Assembly: GCF_009914755.1 (NCBI RefSeq)
Contig: NC_060927.1
Direction: 5' to 3' (one strand)
From: the human T2T-CHM13v2.0 reference genome, Homo sapiens
DNA: 64,000 nt
The notes under the pieces were generated by a model. The model did not search any database. It saw only the letters and a list, made by a program, of their open reading frames with translations, and was not told where the DNA came from. The position numbers and the translations under genes are program-made. This document shows, one piece after another, positions 13,284 through 25,379 of this stretch. Each line of letters starts with the position of its first letter. Within the stretch, counting starts at the first letter, position 1.

Positions 13284-14515
13284 GGAACTGGCATCAAAGA
13301 AGTGGAATATTGCCAGACAAATACTTAAATACGTGGAAGTTGCTTGGGAGCTGGGTAATAAGTAAAGACTTTGTAATAGGTAGAAATTGAAGTGAACGGT
13401 GGAAAAAGCATGTATTGCCATGAACATTAAGGGTGAATATGGTGAGGGCTCAGAAGGAGAGAGCTGTAGGAAAAGCTGAATCTTCCTAGAGATTACTTAA
13501 GTGATTGTGAACAGAATGTTAGTAGAAATATGGACATGAGGTCTTAGATGGAAATAAGGAATATCTTATTGGAAACTAGGGGAAAGGCCATCCTTGTTAG
13601 AAAGTGACAAGGAACTTATATCAATTATATCCATATCTCAGGACTTTGTGGAAGGCAGCATTTAAATGTCATGGACTAAGATATTTGGTAGAAAAATTTT
13701 CGGAGCAGCAAAGTATCAGGATCATACTTGTCTTCTCTTAATGGTGTATTCTAAAACACGAGAAGAGAGAAACAGTTTAAAGATAGATTTTAAATTAAGA
13801 GGAAAACAGAATGTAATGTTGTCAAACTCTCAGCCTACCCATGTAAAGAAAACAAAAAGGCATTTTGAGGAGAAAGCCAAGGGTGTGGCCAAGAGACCAT
13901 TTGCTAATGAGATTATTATGAATAGAAGGAATCCACGTGTTATTTATCAGGACAATGGGACAATGACCCCAAAGGCATTTCAGAGATCTTTTGGGGCTGT
14001 CCCACCCATTACAGGACCAGAGTGCTAGACTCCAGAGAACAGAATTATTTCCAGGGAGAGGCCCAGGGCACACGAGGAACATCTATGCTCACTGCCCAGG
14101 GTCTTCTCTCTCCAGGGTCTGGTCTCTCACCAGAGGCATTTGCTCTCTGCCTTCTGGTGTAGTGCTTCTTAACTACCCTGGTAATAGCTCAAATGGACCC
14201 AGGTGCAGCTTGAACCTCCACTCCAGAGGGCATAAGCTATCAGCTTTGGCAAAGTCCATGTGGCACTAACTATGTAGGCTTGCAGAATGCAAATGCTACC
14301 TCCACCTAGTTTTCCCTGTAGGGCATGGCTACCTCCACCTAGTTTTCCCTGTAGCAAGTCTCTGCCTGGGCCCCGAGGCTGTCCATCTTAGACAGCTCAG
14401 TCCCTTGCTACAGGGACAGAGTCACCACAAAGAGCCTCACTAAAGCAATGCAGAGTAGAGCTGTGGGGATAGGGCTGCCCCTGAGATTCCAGAACTGTAG
14501 GGCTAACAGCCTACA
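13284..14515 (+). mobile_element. MaLR (MST) internal sequence, 3'-truncated, no second LTR seen
   Basis: Follows the LTR directly with 'gaagtggaatattgc...gtggaagttgcttgggagctgggtaat'; internal 27-bp direct repeat gctacctccacctagttttccctgtag at 14295-14321 and 14328-14354. Confidence 0.8.
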
Positions 14516-14599
14516 GATACCAGCTGCTTATTTTTTTCATTCTTATATCTGTTTCTTCAATTTTTCTTTGAAGAAATGCCCATTGTCCACACTTGGTTC

Positions 14600-15035
14600 A
14601 GGGTGGTACAGTTTCTGTCATCAGTTCCAGGTTTTGACATAGGGCCTAAGATAATAAATCATTTCAATTTACTCAAATTTCCATGTCAGCCCCAATAATT
14701 GCTTCAGGAATTAGGCATGTGAGTCCATTTAGGCCAATAGGGATCAGGCTGGGATGTTTTATGGATATAGTTGGAAAATCATGTTCTTTTCTGTTGAACT
14801 TGAACCAAGTGGACAAAAATCTAGAATTCTGTGGAGCTACCACAAAAAGAGAGCCTACCTTATTGAAAGTGAAGCCAACATAGATCATAATAGAGTTGAG
14901 CTCCTAGATCTTAACTTTTATGCATCTGACACTACCCACGGACTTTATAATTACACAATCCAATTCATTCTTTTCTTTTCCCCTCTTAGTTAAAATGAGG
15001 TTTTTAGTTACTTTTAACCAAAACAGCTCCAGTGA
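14600..15035 (+). mobile_element. old MLT1-type LTR remnant
   Basis: 'aggcatgtgagtccatttaggccaatagg...gaagccaaca...ttagttacttttaaccaaa' is MLT1J/K-like. Confidence 0.45.
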
Positions 15036-15265
15036 TCTTTTAGGTTATATGATCTTTTGGCCAATAAATTTTCAGCTCTATATGGAGGAAAAAATAAATT
15101 ATAAAAATATATTTACAAAAACCTAAAGAGGTATAAAGATAATCACACTTCTTCACATGTACCCATTCTTTCACACACCAATTTATAAGATCCAATTGCT
15201 TTATAGATGAATTACTTCTACTCTTTATGTAATGGATTATCCCTATGAATTAACTTGGCCTGGAG

Positions 15266-15585
15266 CAGTGCCATTCCATATGGTAGCCACTAGCTACATG
15301 TGGATAGGGCACTTGCAATGTGTCTAGTCTGAATTGAGATGAACTGCAAGCATATAGAACATACTGGATTTTGCAGACATGAAAAAAAAGAATGTAATAT
15401 ATTTTTAATACTTTTGTATTGATTACAGATTGAAATGTTAATATTTGGACAGGTTGAGTAAATAAAATATATTATTTAATTTTATGTCTCTTTTTACCTT
15501 TTAAATATGACTAATGAAAAAAATTTACATTATACATGTGGCTCACATTTGTGGTGTGCATTGTATTTATACCAGACAGCATTCG
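15266..15585 (-). mobile_element. MER33 hAT-Charlie DNA transposon
   Basis: 'ggtagccactagctacatgtgg...gcacttgcaatgtgtctagtctgaattgagatg...tacatgtggctcacatttgtgg' matches antisense MER33 as recalled. Confidence 0.85.
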
Positions 15586-15829
15586 TCTAGAATATATAAA
15601 TGAAATGTTAAAACTTTATTAATTATATGTTTCTTTATGTGAATGTTCTGTGATCTGATGCGATTGTGCAAATATGTATCACCTTAATATACAAAACTTT
15701 GAAAGTACTTAAAATAAACAAGCAGACATGCATTGCCTTTGTGAATATAGGGCACTATCTTGTGTGTATTGTGCCTAGCAGTAGTTTGAAAATATTGACA
15801 AAAATGGACTTATCATTATGGAAACAAAC

Positions 15830-15900
15830 TCTTTCCTTCCTTCTTTCCTTCCTTCCTTCCTTCCTCCCTCCCTCCCTCCCCTCTCTTTCTTTCTTTCTTT

Positions 15901-15964
<64 letters not shown>

Positions 15965-16058
15965 TCCTTCTCTTTCTTTCTTTCTTTCTCTTTTTTCTTT
16001 CTTTCTCTCTCTCTCTTTCTTTCTTTCTTTTTTTCTCTTTCTTCTTTCTTTCTTTCTA
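15830..16058. repeat. compound (CTTC)n/(CCCT)n/(TTTC)n microsatellite
   Basis: ~230-bp pure pyrimidine tract, directly visible. Confidence 0.98.
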
Positions 16059-16450
16059 TTATGCATTTATGTATTTATTTCTCTTAACCTCTTCTTGGAT
16101 ACCAAGGAAACACATTTACTGACACATATAAATAGAAATGGCTCCAGGCACAATTTGATTCAAATTTCAGGCGACATTACTAGATCAATATGTTGGTTCT
16201 CCATTGGCCCTGTTGTCAGGCTCTGACCAGTTGCCCTACTGGCTTCAGGCTAAGAGCGTGACGAAAGTCCAGAACATAAGTCCAGTTCTTATGTTCTGAA
16301 GATAAACCCAGTTCCTATCTTGTAGATCTCACTCAAATTCTAGAAGTCATTCTCTGACCTTGGCTTAAATTGTGACATTTCCATCCTTTGTTGAAGAAAG
16401 TTAGAAGATTGATTTTCTGTTGAAATATCAAACTTATGATTATGACCTTA

Positions 16451-16925
16451 TTGCAGAGACTGCTAGTTGTTGCCCAATAACTACTTTCAGTTTCTTTCTT
16501 AGTAATAGGATCCTGATTTTTGCTGGACATAACAAATAAACACCAAAATTTTTAGAGTCCCTTGTGGCTAGGTGAGTACAGGTGACTCAGTGGTAGCCGA
16601 TAGATTGTTGTGATTTCCGATAAGTATTCTTTAAAGAAATGCACATTCTTCTTCATGCTTGTTTCCTTTTTTTAGGCTAAAATGCATATGTTGAAATGTA
16701 TATGTGTTGGTTGAGTTCAAGTAGGCTCTTTTGACATGATGTATGGGGAGGATCACAAGACAATGTTAGCAAAGAAATCTGAAAAACCCTGATGATTATA
16801 AAACTTTCATATTAGATTTAGACTGGTTTGGATTACATAAGAAATATACATTTCTATCTTGCTTAAGGTACTGTTATTTTGAGTTTTCTATTATACTACT
16901 CATAATTGAACCAAATCTTTGTTAA
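16451..16925 (+). mobile_element. ERVL LTR (LTR33-like) solo LTR
   Basis: 'tgcagagactgctagttgttgcccaata...cttagtaataggatcctgattttt...cccttgtggctaggtg...ttctatcttgcttaaggtactgttatttt'. Confidence 0.6.
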
Positions 16926-17261
16926 GATAATTCCAAACTATCGATGTTGTATAAGATCCATGTCATGAATATTGGACAGCTATTAACATTAAGAACCAAA
17001 ATAAATCAAATTTTACTAATACTTAAAAAAATTTGGTTTTGTTCTATCCTGTATTTTATTGCATATTTCTTTAGATATCCTATTTTTCTCTATATTAATG
17101 TTTTGATTATAATGTTTAGTTGAATATTTTCTTAAATTTTAACATTTAATTGTTTATTAAGATTACTTAGTATTATAATTATTCAGGTTTTTAGAAAGTA
17201 GTTTATCATGGTGTAATTTGAGAGGTGCCGGATTGATTATCAAACTTCATATACATTTTTG

Positions 17262-18534
17262 GCTGTCATGGCGAGTGTGCTGAAGAAGACCGCTGGCCTT
17301 GCGGTATGCAAGAGTCCACATGAGAAGCCAAGAATATTGTACACAAATATTCTTGATGTTCTTGAGCAAATCCCTAAAAATGCAGCATATAGAAAGTATA
17401 CATAACAGATTACTAATGAGAAGCTGGCTATGATCAAAGTGGAATCAGATGTTCAAAAATTGGAAGACCAACTTGAAGGTGGCCAAATAGGAGAGATGAT
17501 TCTCCTGGGTAAAAATGAACTAAGTCTGGCAAGACAAATGATGCAGTGGAAAACATGGAAGCCATTAGTGGAAGAGCCTCCTGCCCATCAGTGGAAATGG
17601 CCAATATAATTATTGAATGGCTTTGGTGGGTTGATGGGAAATTGATGTAATTTAAATATTCTGTTATATTAAGAGTATGTCCATATTATTGACATTTTAC
17701 AATCAAGAAAAGTGATATAGAAAATGTTTAGGAGACTGTTAAAATTAGTGATTATGGCAATATGGTCTTGTGAATCCATTTTTGATTTGTAAATATTCAC
17801 ACAAATTATTTCAAAGATGATATTTCTTTGAACAGAGGGGTCATGGGAAGATTTTAAAATTAATTTAAATAATTCTGAAAGATCTTCAATGTAGAGGGCA
17901 TAATCAAAAAGTAAAGTTTTTTGGTAGTATGTTCAGTACATCATTTCATTTTAAAAATTACCTTGAAGAAGAAAAGGTCCTTAATTATTATTTTCCAAAA
18001 AATTATAGATCACTATTTGAATATTTTCAAATGTGATAAAATAGCACAAGTGGCTGGTGATAAAATCTGAAATTGTGGTTAACCGCCTTGGCTTTGATCT
18101 TACATATGTAAAGTAAAATTTAAATATATAATTATATACTGATTATAAAATTAATAATAAATATCATTTTATTTTAGTCATTATTAGAATTATACCATTT
18201 ACTCAGTTTTTATATAGTCTTAATTTTATTATATTTTGTTGTTACTATATTTGAAAACTATCAAATTAGAATACATTGTACAATTGAAGAAATTGATTTG
18301 GTGCTTAAAAAAAAGATTTCCCATTGCATAGAGGTAGTTGGAAAAACTTTTCATTTTGTTGCAGTTATGGAAATCACTTTTCTAGCCTGTGGCCTTTAAT
18401 TTTCTAAATCAACCTAATTACATAAGGATAGAGGCAGAATTTTTGTAGTAGGGACGTTAAGAGTTTCTGAAGTTTATCTGGCATATGAATAGGCTTATGT
18501 TTAAAACATCATAGTCATATGACTATAAAGTGGA
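17262..18534 (+). pseudogene. NDUFA5: processed pseudogene of NDUFA5 (complex I subunit B13); decayed CDS 17268-17609 plus ~0.9 kb of 3'UTR, no poly(A)
   Basis: Manual translation from ATG 17268: [112 protein letters not shown]. Colinear with NDUFA5 (MAGVLKKTTGLVGLAVC...PPADQWKWPI), intronless, premature TAA at 17403-17405, in-frame 3-codon deletion (VGL). Downstream sequence resembles the NDUFA5 3'UTR as recalled. The specific pseudogene number cannot be assigned. Confidence 0.95.
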
Positions 18535-21500
18535 ATATGGCAACACAATAATAGTGGGGGACTTTAATACTTTAATACTCCACTGACAGCACTAGACAGA
18601 TCATCAAGACAGCAAGTCAACAAAGAAACAATGAACTTAAACTATATCCTACAACAAATGGACTTAACAAATATTTACGGAACATTCTATCCAACAACTG
18701 CAGAATATACATTTTATTAATCAGCACATGGAACATTCCCCAAGATAGACCATATGATAGGCCACAAAACAAGTCTCAACAAATTTAAGAAAATCTAAAT
18801 TATAAGCAAGCACTCTCTCAGACTACAATGGAATAAAATTGGAAATCAATTCCAAAGGGACCCTAAAAACCATCCAAATACATGGAAATTAAATAACCTA
18901 CTCCTGAATAATCACTGGGTCAACAATAAAATCAAGATGGAAATTTAAAAATTCTTTGAACTGAATGATAATAGTGACACAACCTATCAAAATATCTGGG
19001 ATACAGCAAAGGTGGTGCTAAGAGAAAAAGTCATAGCATTAAATGCCTACATCAAAAAGTCTGAAAGAGCACAAATAGACAATCTAAGGTCACACTCTAT
19101 GGAGCTAGAGAAACAAAGACCAGTTAAACCAAAACCCAAAAGAAGGAAAGAAATATCCAAGGTCAGAGCAGAACTGTTACAAATAAAATCAAAACAAAAA
19201 ATATAAAAAAAAAAATGAATCAAAAAGCTGGTTCTTTGAAAAGAGAAATAAAATTGATAGACCATTGGTGAGATTAACCAAGAAAATAAGAGAGAAGATC
19301 TAAATAAACTTAATTAGAAACAAAATGGGAGAAATTACAACAGATAGCACAGAAATACAAAAGATTATTCAAGGCTACTATGAACACCTTTATGTACATA
19401 AACTAAAAAGCCTAGAGGAGATGGATAAACTCCTAGAAATAAATAACCCTCCTAGATTAAACAAGGAAGGTATAGAATCTCTGAAAAGACCAAACAAGCA
19501 GTGAGATTGGAATGGTAATAAAAAAATTTGCCAACAAAAAAAAAAGTCCAGGACCAGATGGATTCACACCTGAATTCTGTCAGACATTCAAAGAATTGGT
19601 ACCAATCCTATCGACATTATTCCACAAAATAGAGAAAGAAGACATCCTCCCTAAATCATTCTATGAAGCCAGTATCACCCTAATACCAAAACCAGGGAAG
19701 GGCCTAACAAAAAAACAAACAAACAAAAAAAAAAACAGACCAATATCCCTGATGAAAATAGATGCAAAATTCCTCAACAAAATACTAGGAAACTGAATCC
19801 AACAGCACATCAAAAAGATAAGCCACCATTATCAAGCAGGTTTCATACCAGTGATGCAGGGATGGTTTAACATATGTAATCAATAAATGTGATACACCAC
19901 ATAAACAGAATTACAAATGAAAATCACATGATCATGTCAATAGATGCAGAAAAAGCATTTCACAAAATCCAGCATCACTTTATGATTAAAACCCTCAGCA
20001 TAATTGGCATAGAAGGAATATACCTTAAGGTAATAAAAGCCGTCTATGACAAACCAACAGCCAATATTGTACTGAATGGGGAAAAGTTGGAAGCATTCCT
20101 CTTGAGAGCTAGAACAAGACCAACATGCCCAGTTTCACCACTTCTATTCAACATAGTACTGGAAATCCTGGCCAGAGCAATCAGACAAGAGAAAGAAATA
20201 AAGTGCATCCAAATTGGTAAAGAGGAAGTCAAACTGTTGCTGTTTGCTGATAATATGACCGTAAACCTAGAAAACCCTAAAGACTCATCCAAAAAGTTCC
20301 TAGAACTGACAAATGAATTCAACAGTTTCAGGATAGAAAATTAACGTACACAAATCAGTAGCTCTGCTGTACATCAGCAGCGATCAAGCTGAGAATCAAA
20401 TCAAGAACTCAACCCCTTTTACAATAGCTACAAAAAATAAAATAAAATACTTAGGAATATACTTAACCCAAGATGTGAAAGACCTCTACAAGGAAAACTG
20501 CAAAACACTGCTGAAAGAATTAATAGAAAACACAAGCAAATGGAAACACATCCCATGCTTGTGGATGGGTAGAATCAATATTGTAAAAATGACCACATTG
20601 CCAAAAGAAATCTACAAATTCAATGCAATTCCCATCAAACTACCACCATCACTCTTCACAGAAATAGAAAACACAAACCTAAAATTCACCTGGAGACCCA
20701 AAAAAGCCTACATAGCCAAAGCAAGACTAAGAAAAAAGAATAAATCTGGAGGCATCATATTACTCAACTTCAAACTATGCTATAAGGCCTTAGTCACCAA
20801 AACAGCATGGTTCTGTTATAAGAGTAGGCACATAGACCAATGGCACAGATAGAGAACCTAGAAATAAAGCCAAATATTTATAGCCAACTGATTTTGACAA
20901 AGCAAACAAAAACATAAAGTGGGGAAAGGACTCCCCATTCAACAAATGCTGCTGGGATAATTGGCAAGCCACATGTAGAAAAATGAAACTGGATCCACAT
21001 CTCTTACCTAATACAAAAATAGACTCAAGTTGGATCAAAGACTTAAATCTAAGACCTGAAACCATAAAGATTCTAGAAGATAACATTGGAAAAACCCTTC
21101 CAGACATTGGCTTTGGCAAATACTTCATGACCAAGAAACCAAAAGCAAACACAACAAAAACAAAGATAAGTAGGTGAGACTTAATTAAACTAAAATGCTC
21201 TTGCACAACAAAAGAAATAATCATCAGAGTTAACATACAACCCACAGAATGGGAAAAAGTCTTCAAAATCTATACATCTGACAAAGGACTAATGTCCAGA
21301 ATCTACCAAGTACTCAAACAAATCAGCAAGAAAAAAGCAATCCCATCAAAAAGTGGGTTAAGGACATGAAAAGACAATTCTCAAAAGAAAGTATACAAAT
21401 GGCCAGCAGCATATGGAAAACTGCTCAACATCACTAATTATTAGGGAAATGCAATTCAAAACCACAATGTGATATCACCTTACTCCTGCAAGAATGGCCA

Positions 21501-22187
21501 TAATAAAAAAATAATAAATTTTGCCTTGGATGTGGTGAAAGGGGAATACTTTTACACTGTTGATGGGAATGTAAACTAGTACAACCACTATGGAAAGCAG
21601 TGTGGAGATTCTTTAAAAAACCAAAAGTGGAACTACCATTTAATCTAGCATCCCTCTACTAGGTATCTACCCAGAGGAAAAGTAGTCATTATACAAAAAA
21701 TGTATATATTTGTACATGCATATATAGCAGCCCAATTTGCAATTGTAAAAATATGGGACCAGCCCAAATGACCATTGATTAATGAGTGAATAAAGAAAAT
21801 TGGTATATAGATATCATGGAATACTATTCAGCCATAAAAAGGAATGAAATAGTGGCATTCTCAGCAACGTGGATGGAATTGGAGACTATTATACTATGTG
21901 ATGTAACTAGGGAATGGAAAACCAAACATCGTGTATTCTCACTCATAAGTGCGAGCTAAGCTATGAGGACTCAAAGGCATAAGAATGAAACAATGAACTT
22001 TGGGGGTTCAGGAGAAAGAGTGGGAGGGGAATGATGGACAAAAGACTACACATTGGGTACAGGGTACACTGCTTGAGTAATGGGTGCCCCAAAATCACAG
22101 ATATCACTGCTAAGGGACTTATTTATGTAACTAATACCACCTGCACCCTAAAAACCTATTGAAATATAAAATCAATTAAAAAACACA
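18535..22187 (+). mobile_element. 5'-truncated L1PB-type LINE-1 (ORF2 from the endonuclease region to the 3'UTR), inactivated
   Basis: Starts at the EN 'IVGDFN' region; ORF fragments 19012-19206, 19512-19796, 19889-20344 (RT, LFADNM), 20475-20852, 20983-21177; L1PB-type 3'UTR 'aaggcataagaatga...aaaagactacacattgggtaca...aaaacctattgaaat'. Confidence 0.95.
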
Positions 22188-24432
22188 AAACTTTGTAAAC
22201 ATTTTCGGTTTAGTATTTATTACTACCATCTTGGCAATTATTAAATCAATGCCAACGTTCCTCCCTGGACACGAGGTTTCACTGGTTCTATAACGATGTA
22301 GCCATATCTAATCTTTTATACCTTAGTACTTTTGATAATATCATGGTTATCTATAAAAATACGAGTCAAATAAAGCTCTGAGTGAATGCGTACTTGTAAA
22401 TAAAATTTTAAAATGCAGAAATTTAATTCTATTTGAAGGAGAAAACAGATCCAAGTATACATGTAATCAGACCAAAGTGAAATAACTTTTGTCTTCCACT
22501 TAAAAAAGAATTAAGGAAGAAGGCAGGATTAAGAGTTGTCTCAGTAAGCCAGTGTTAAATAAGCTTAGAGAAATTCATTTTTTAAGAAAGAAAGGATAAA
22601 GAAATCCTGGAGAATTGAAGGGAAGAAAAGAGATGAATTAACCCAACAACATGGAGAAGGAGTTCACAAAGTGTACAGCAAAGACAATGTTGAGAGTGAA
22701 TAAGATATATCTCTGTAAAGGGAACATGAAAATTAAGAGGAAAAGGAATCATTTTGAATTAGATAATCAAGTTGGGAGGCAGCTGCAGCAGTCCATACAT
22801 AACCTGTAAGAATGGAAGTAAACAGTAGATTGGAAAGAGATTAGGAACTATTTAACAGAAAATTTAATAAGAATCTAGATCTGTATTTATAGCTAGTGAA
22901 GGGTTAAAAATCTCATCAACATGGTTTATTAAGGAAGAATGAGTTACTGGGATGAGGAACTTTAGAAGAAAAAAATAGCAGAAGAGAAAGGAGCAGTTTT
23001 GTCTTTATTAAGTTGGTAATGAGATAGTTGCAAATACCCTCAGTTACATCAACAAGGGAAATTCAGAGGTGGATAAACATTCTGGGGTGAACACATCACT
23101 TGAGAGCAATAGGGTTTCATGAAATTTAAATGTTTTAACACTCTAGTCAAATACTATGACTCTTCTGATTCTTGAAGAGAGTAGAAAACATACATTATGA
23201 TGAAATGATTTCAAATCACTGAGTATTTGCACAATTAATTTTAAGCATAACAAATAATATTGAATAAAGATATTCCTTTTAAACATTTTTTCTCCAGGAA
23301 ATGGGTTTTAATTTTAATTTGTATTACAATGTGGAAAAATAGTTGTACTACTGTAAAAATGATGAAAGGAAAATGTTTCAAACTATACATTTGTGGGAAG
23401 GGATGATTTAATATGAAAAGGATAATAGTGCATTGGGCTGAGCCACATTGATAACAGTATTCACACCAACCCATGGCAATGATGGAAGTGTGCATTTTGT
23501 CAGTGTGTGAGGCACAACAATGATCAGCCTCTGCCAAGTAGCTTATGGTTTCTAACCCTAAAAATGAATTCTAGAACTGTCATCAATGGAAAGTTGAATG
23601 CTTGCTTACAAAAATATTCATTTGTTACACATATGAATTCTGTTAGGTTCCCTAGAATGTGGAGGTATTAGAGATATGTTTTTTTTTTTCCAGGTGGTAG
23701 AGTTTTATTTCAGTTCTGGCATAGTCCAGGTGTTTCTCTTGCATGCCTGTGAACACGCATAAGGGGTCAATGAATCCAGACATATATTAGAGTGCAAATA
23801 TTTTTTGAATTATTGCTTTGAATTTTTGTCAAATGTTTTGTATTAGGAATAATATAAAATATGATTTTTAATACATATATATTTTTATCCCTATGTGAAT
23901 ACTTCATGGAAAATTTAATTAGGTTTATATTAGAATATATACACACATATATATGTGTGTGTAGTGTGCATGTATAAAATTAGTGCTGTTCAGTAGCTGA
24001 AAATCTTTTGGAACCTCTTTAAGATAGTCAAGGAAATAAAAAATAAAAAGGGTATGGCTTATTTTTCTAAGTAATTCAGATTTATGAAAGCCCAAGCTCT
24101 TATTGCAGTTATGCCACCCACTTCTAGAAATTAAGTTTATTCTTTTTCTTACTTGCTTTCAGGAGTAGAAGCTAGAAAAGTATTCAAGTATGCAAGTATT
24201 GATCATAGATATGTTGGGAAAGAAAATGAAATAATGGATTTATTGAATAATTCTGCACTATTTTATTAAAAACTAAGAGGCACTTCTATAGTGCTATACA
24301 GAATTTAAAGTAGTTTTTTTACACAGTATCACATTTGAATTCTCATAAAAATCAGTTATAATCTTTCCAAATTTGTGCCTCTGTTAAAGTAGTATATACA
24401 GTTATTTATGGTATGCATATTGACTAGCCTCA

Positions 24433-24663
24433 TTTTTTTTTTTTTTTAAATTGTAGTTTAAGTTCTGGGCTACATGTGCAGAATGTGCAGGCTTGTTACA
24501 TAGGTATACATGTGCCATGATGGTTTGCTGCGCCCATCAACCCGTCATCTACATTAGGTATTTCTCCCAGTGCTATCCCTCTCCCCCAGACCCCCTCAAG
24601 GACCTAGAACTAGAAATACCATTTGACCCAGCCATCCCATTACTGGGCATATACCCAAAGGAT
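24433..24663 (-). mobile_element. very short 5'-inverted L1PA (L1PA7-like) insertion
   Basis: Poly-T plus antisense L1 3'UTR to ~24594, then a sense ORF2 piece ([20 protein letters not shown]); degenerate TSD tagcctcattttt (24425-24437) / tggccttattctt (24664-24676). Confidence 0.88.
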
Positions 24664-25031
24664 TGGCCTTATTCTTGGCTTCCTTTTATGTATTGATTTA
24701 TAAATTCTTTATTCTTTTTCCCTCTAAATTGTATTATCTTCTCTAATTGTGTGTTCTTAAAAGTTTGCTTAATATTTTCATTATTAAATTAAGGAAAATA
24801 TTTAATTGAAGTGTTTAGTTTTATTCCAATTAAATATAGGAAATAAAAGTGATAATGCAATTTTACATTAAAAAATCACCTAGATTTAAAATGGTTGTCT
24901 ACTTTTGCCTATATGCTAATGTAACTAAGGTCTAATGTTAGACAACTAGTTTTTTCACCACAGTTTCTTCACACTTCTTTGTTCTATGAGGTTATCTTTG
25001 TTATCCTACGCACAAATTAATGCATTCTTCA

Positions 25032-25379
<348 letters not shown>

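Noticed and set aside
13666-14357. Cluster of 60-120 aa ORFs
   Set aside because: They lie in decayed MaLR internal sequence; no coherent domain recognised.
15666-16226. 186-aa ORF and overlapping 103-aa and 89-aa ORFs
   Set aside because: Translations of the (TTTC)n microsatellite (F/L/S or K/E/R repeats), not genes.
17240-17437. 65-aa minus-strand ORF in the track
   Set aside because: Antisense shadow of the NDUFA5 pseudogene on the + strand.
19012-21266. Reverse transcriptase-like ORFs as a novel RT system
   Set aside because: They are broken L1 ORF2 pieces with stops, frameshifts and a decayed FADD motif (FADN).
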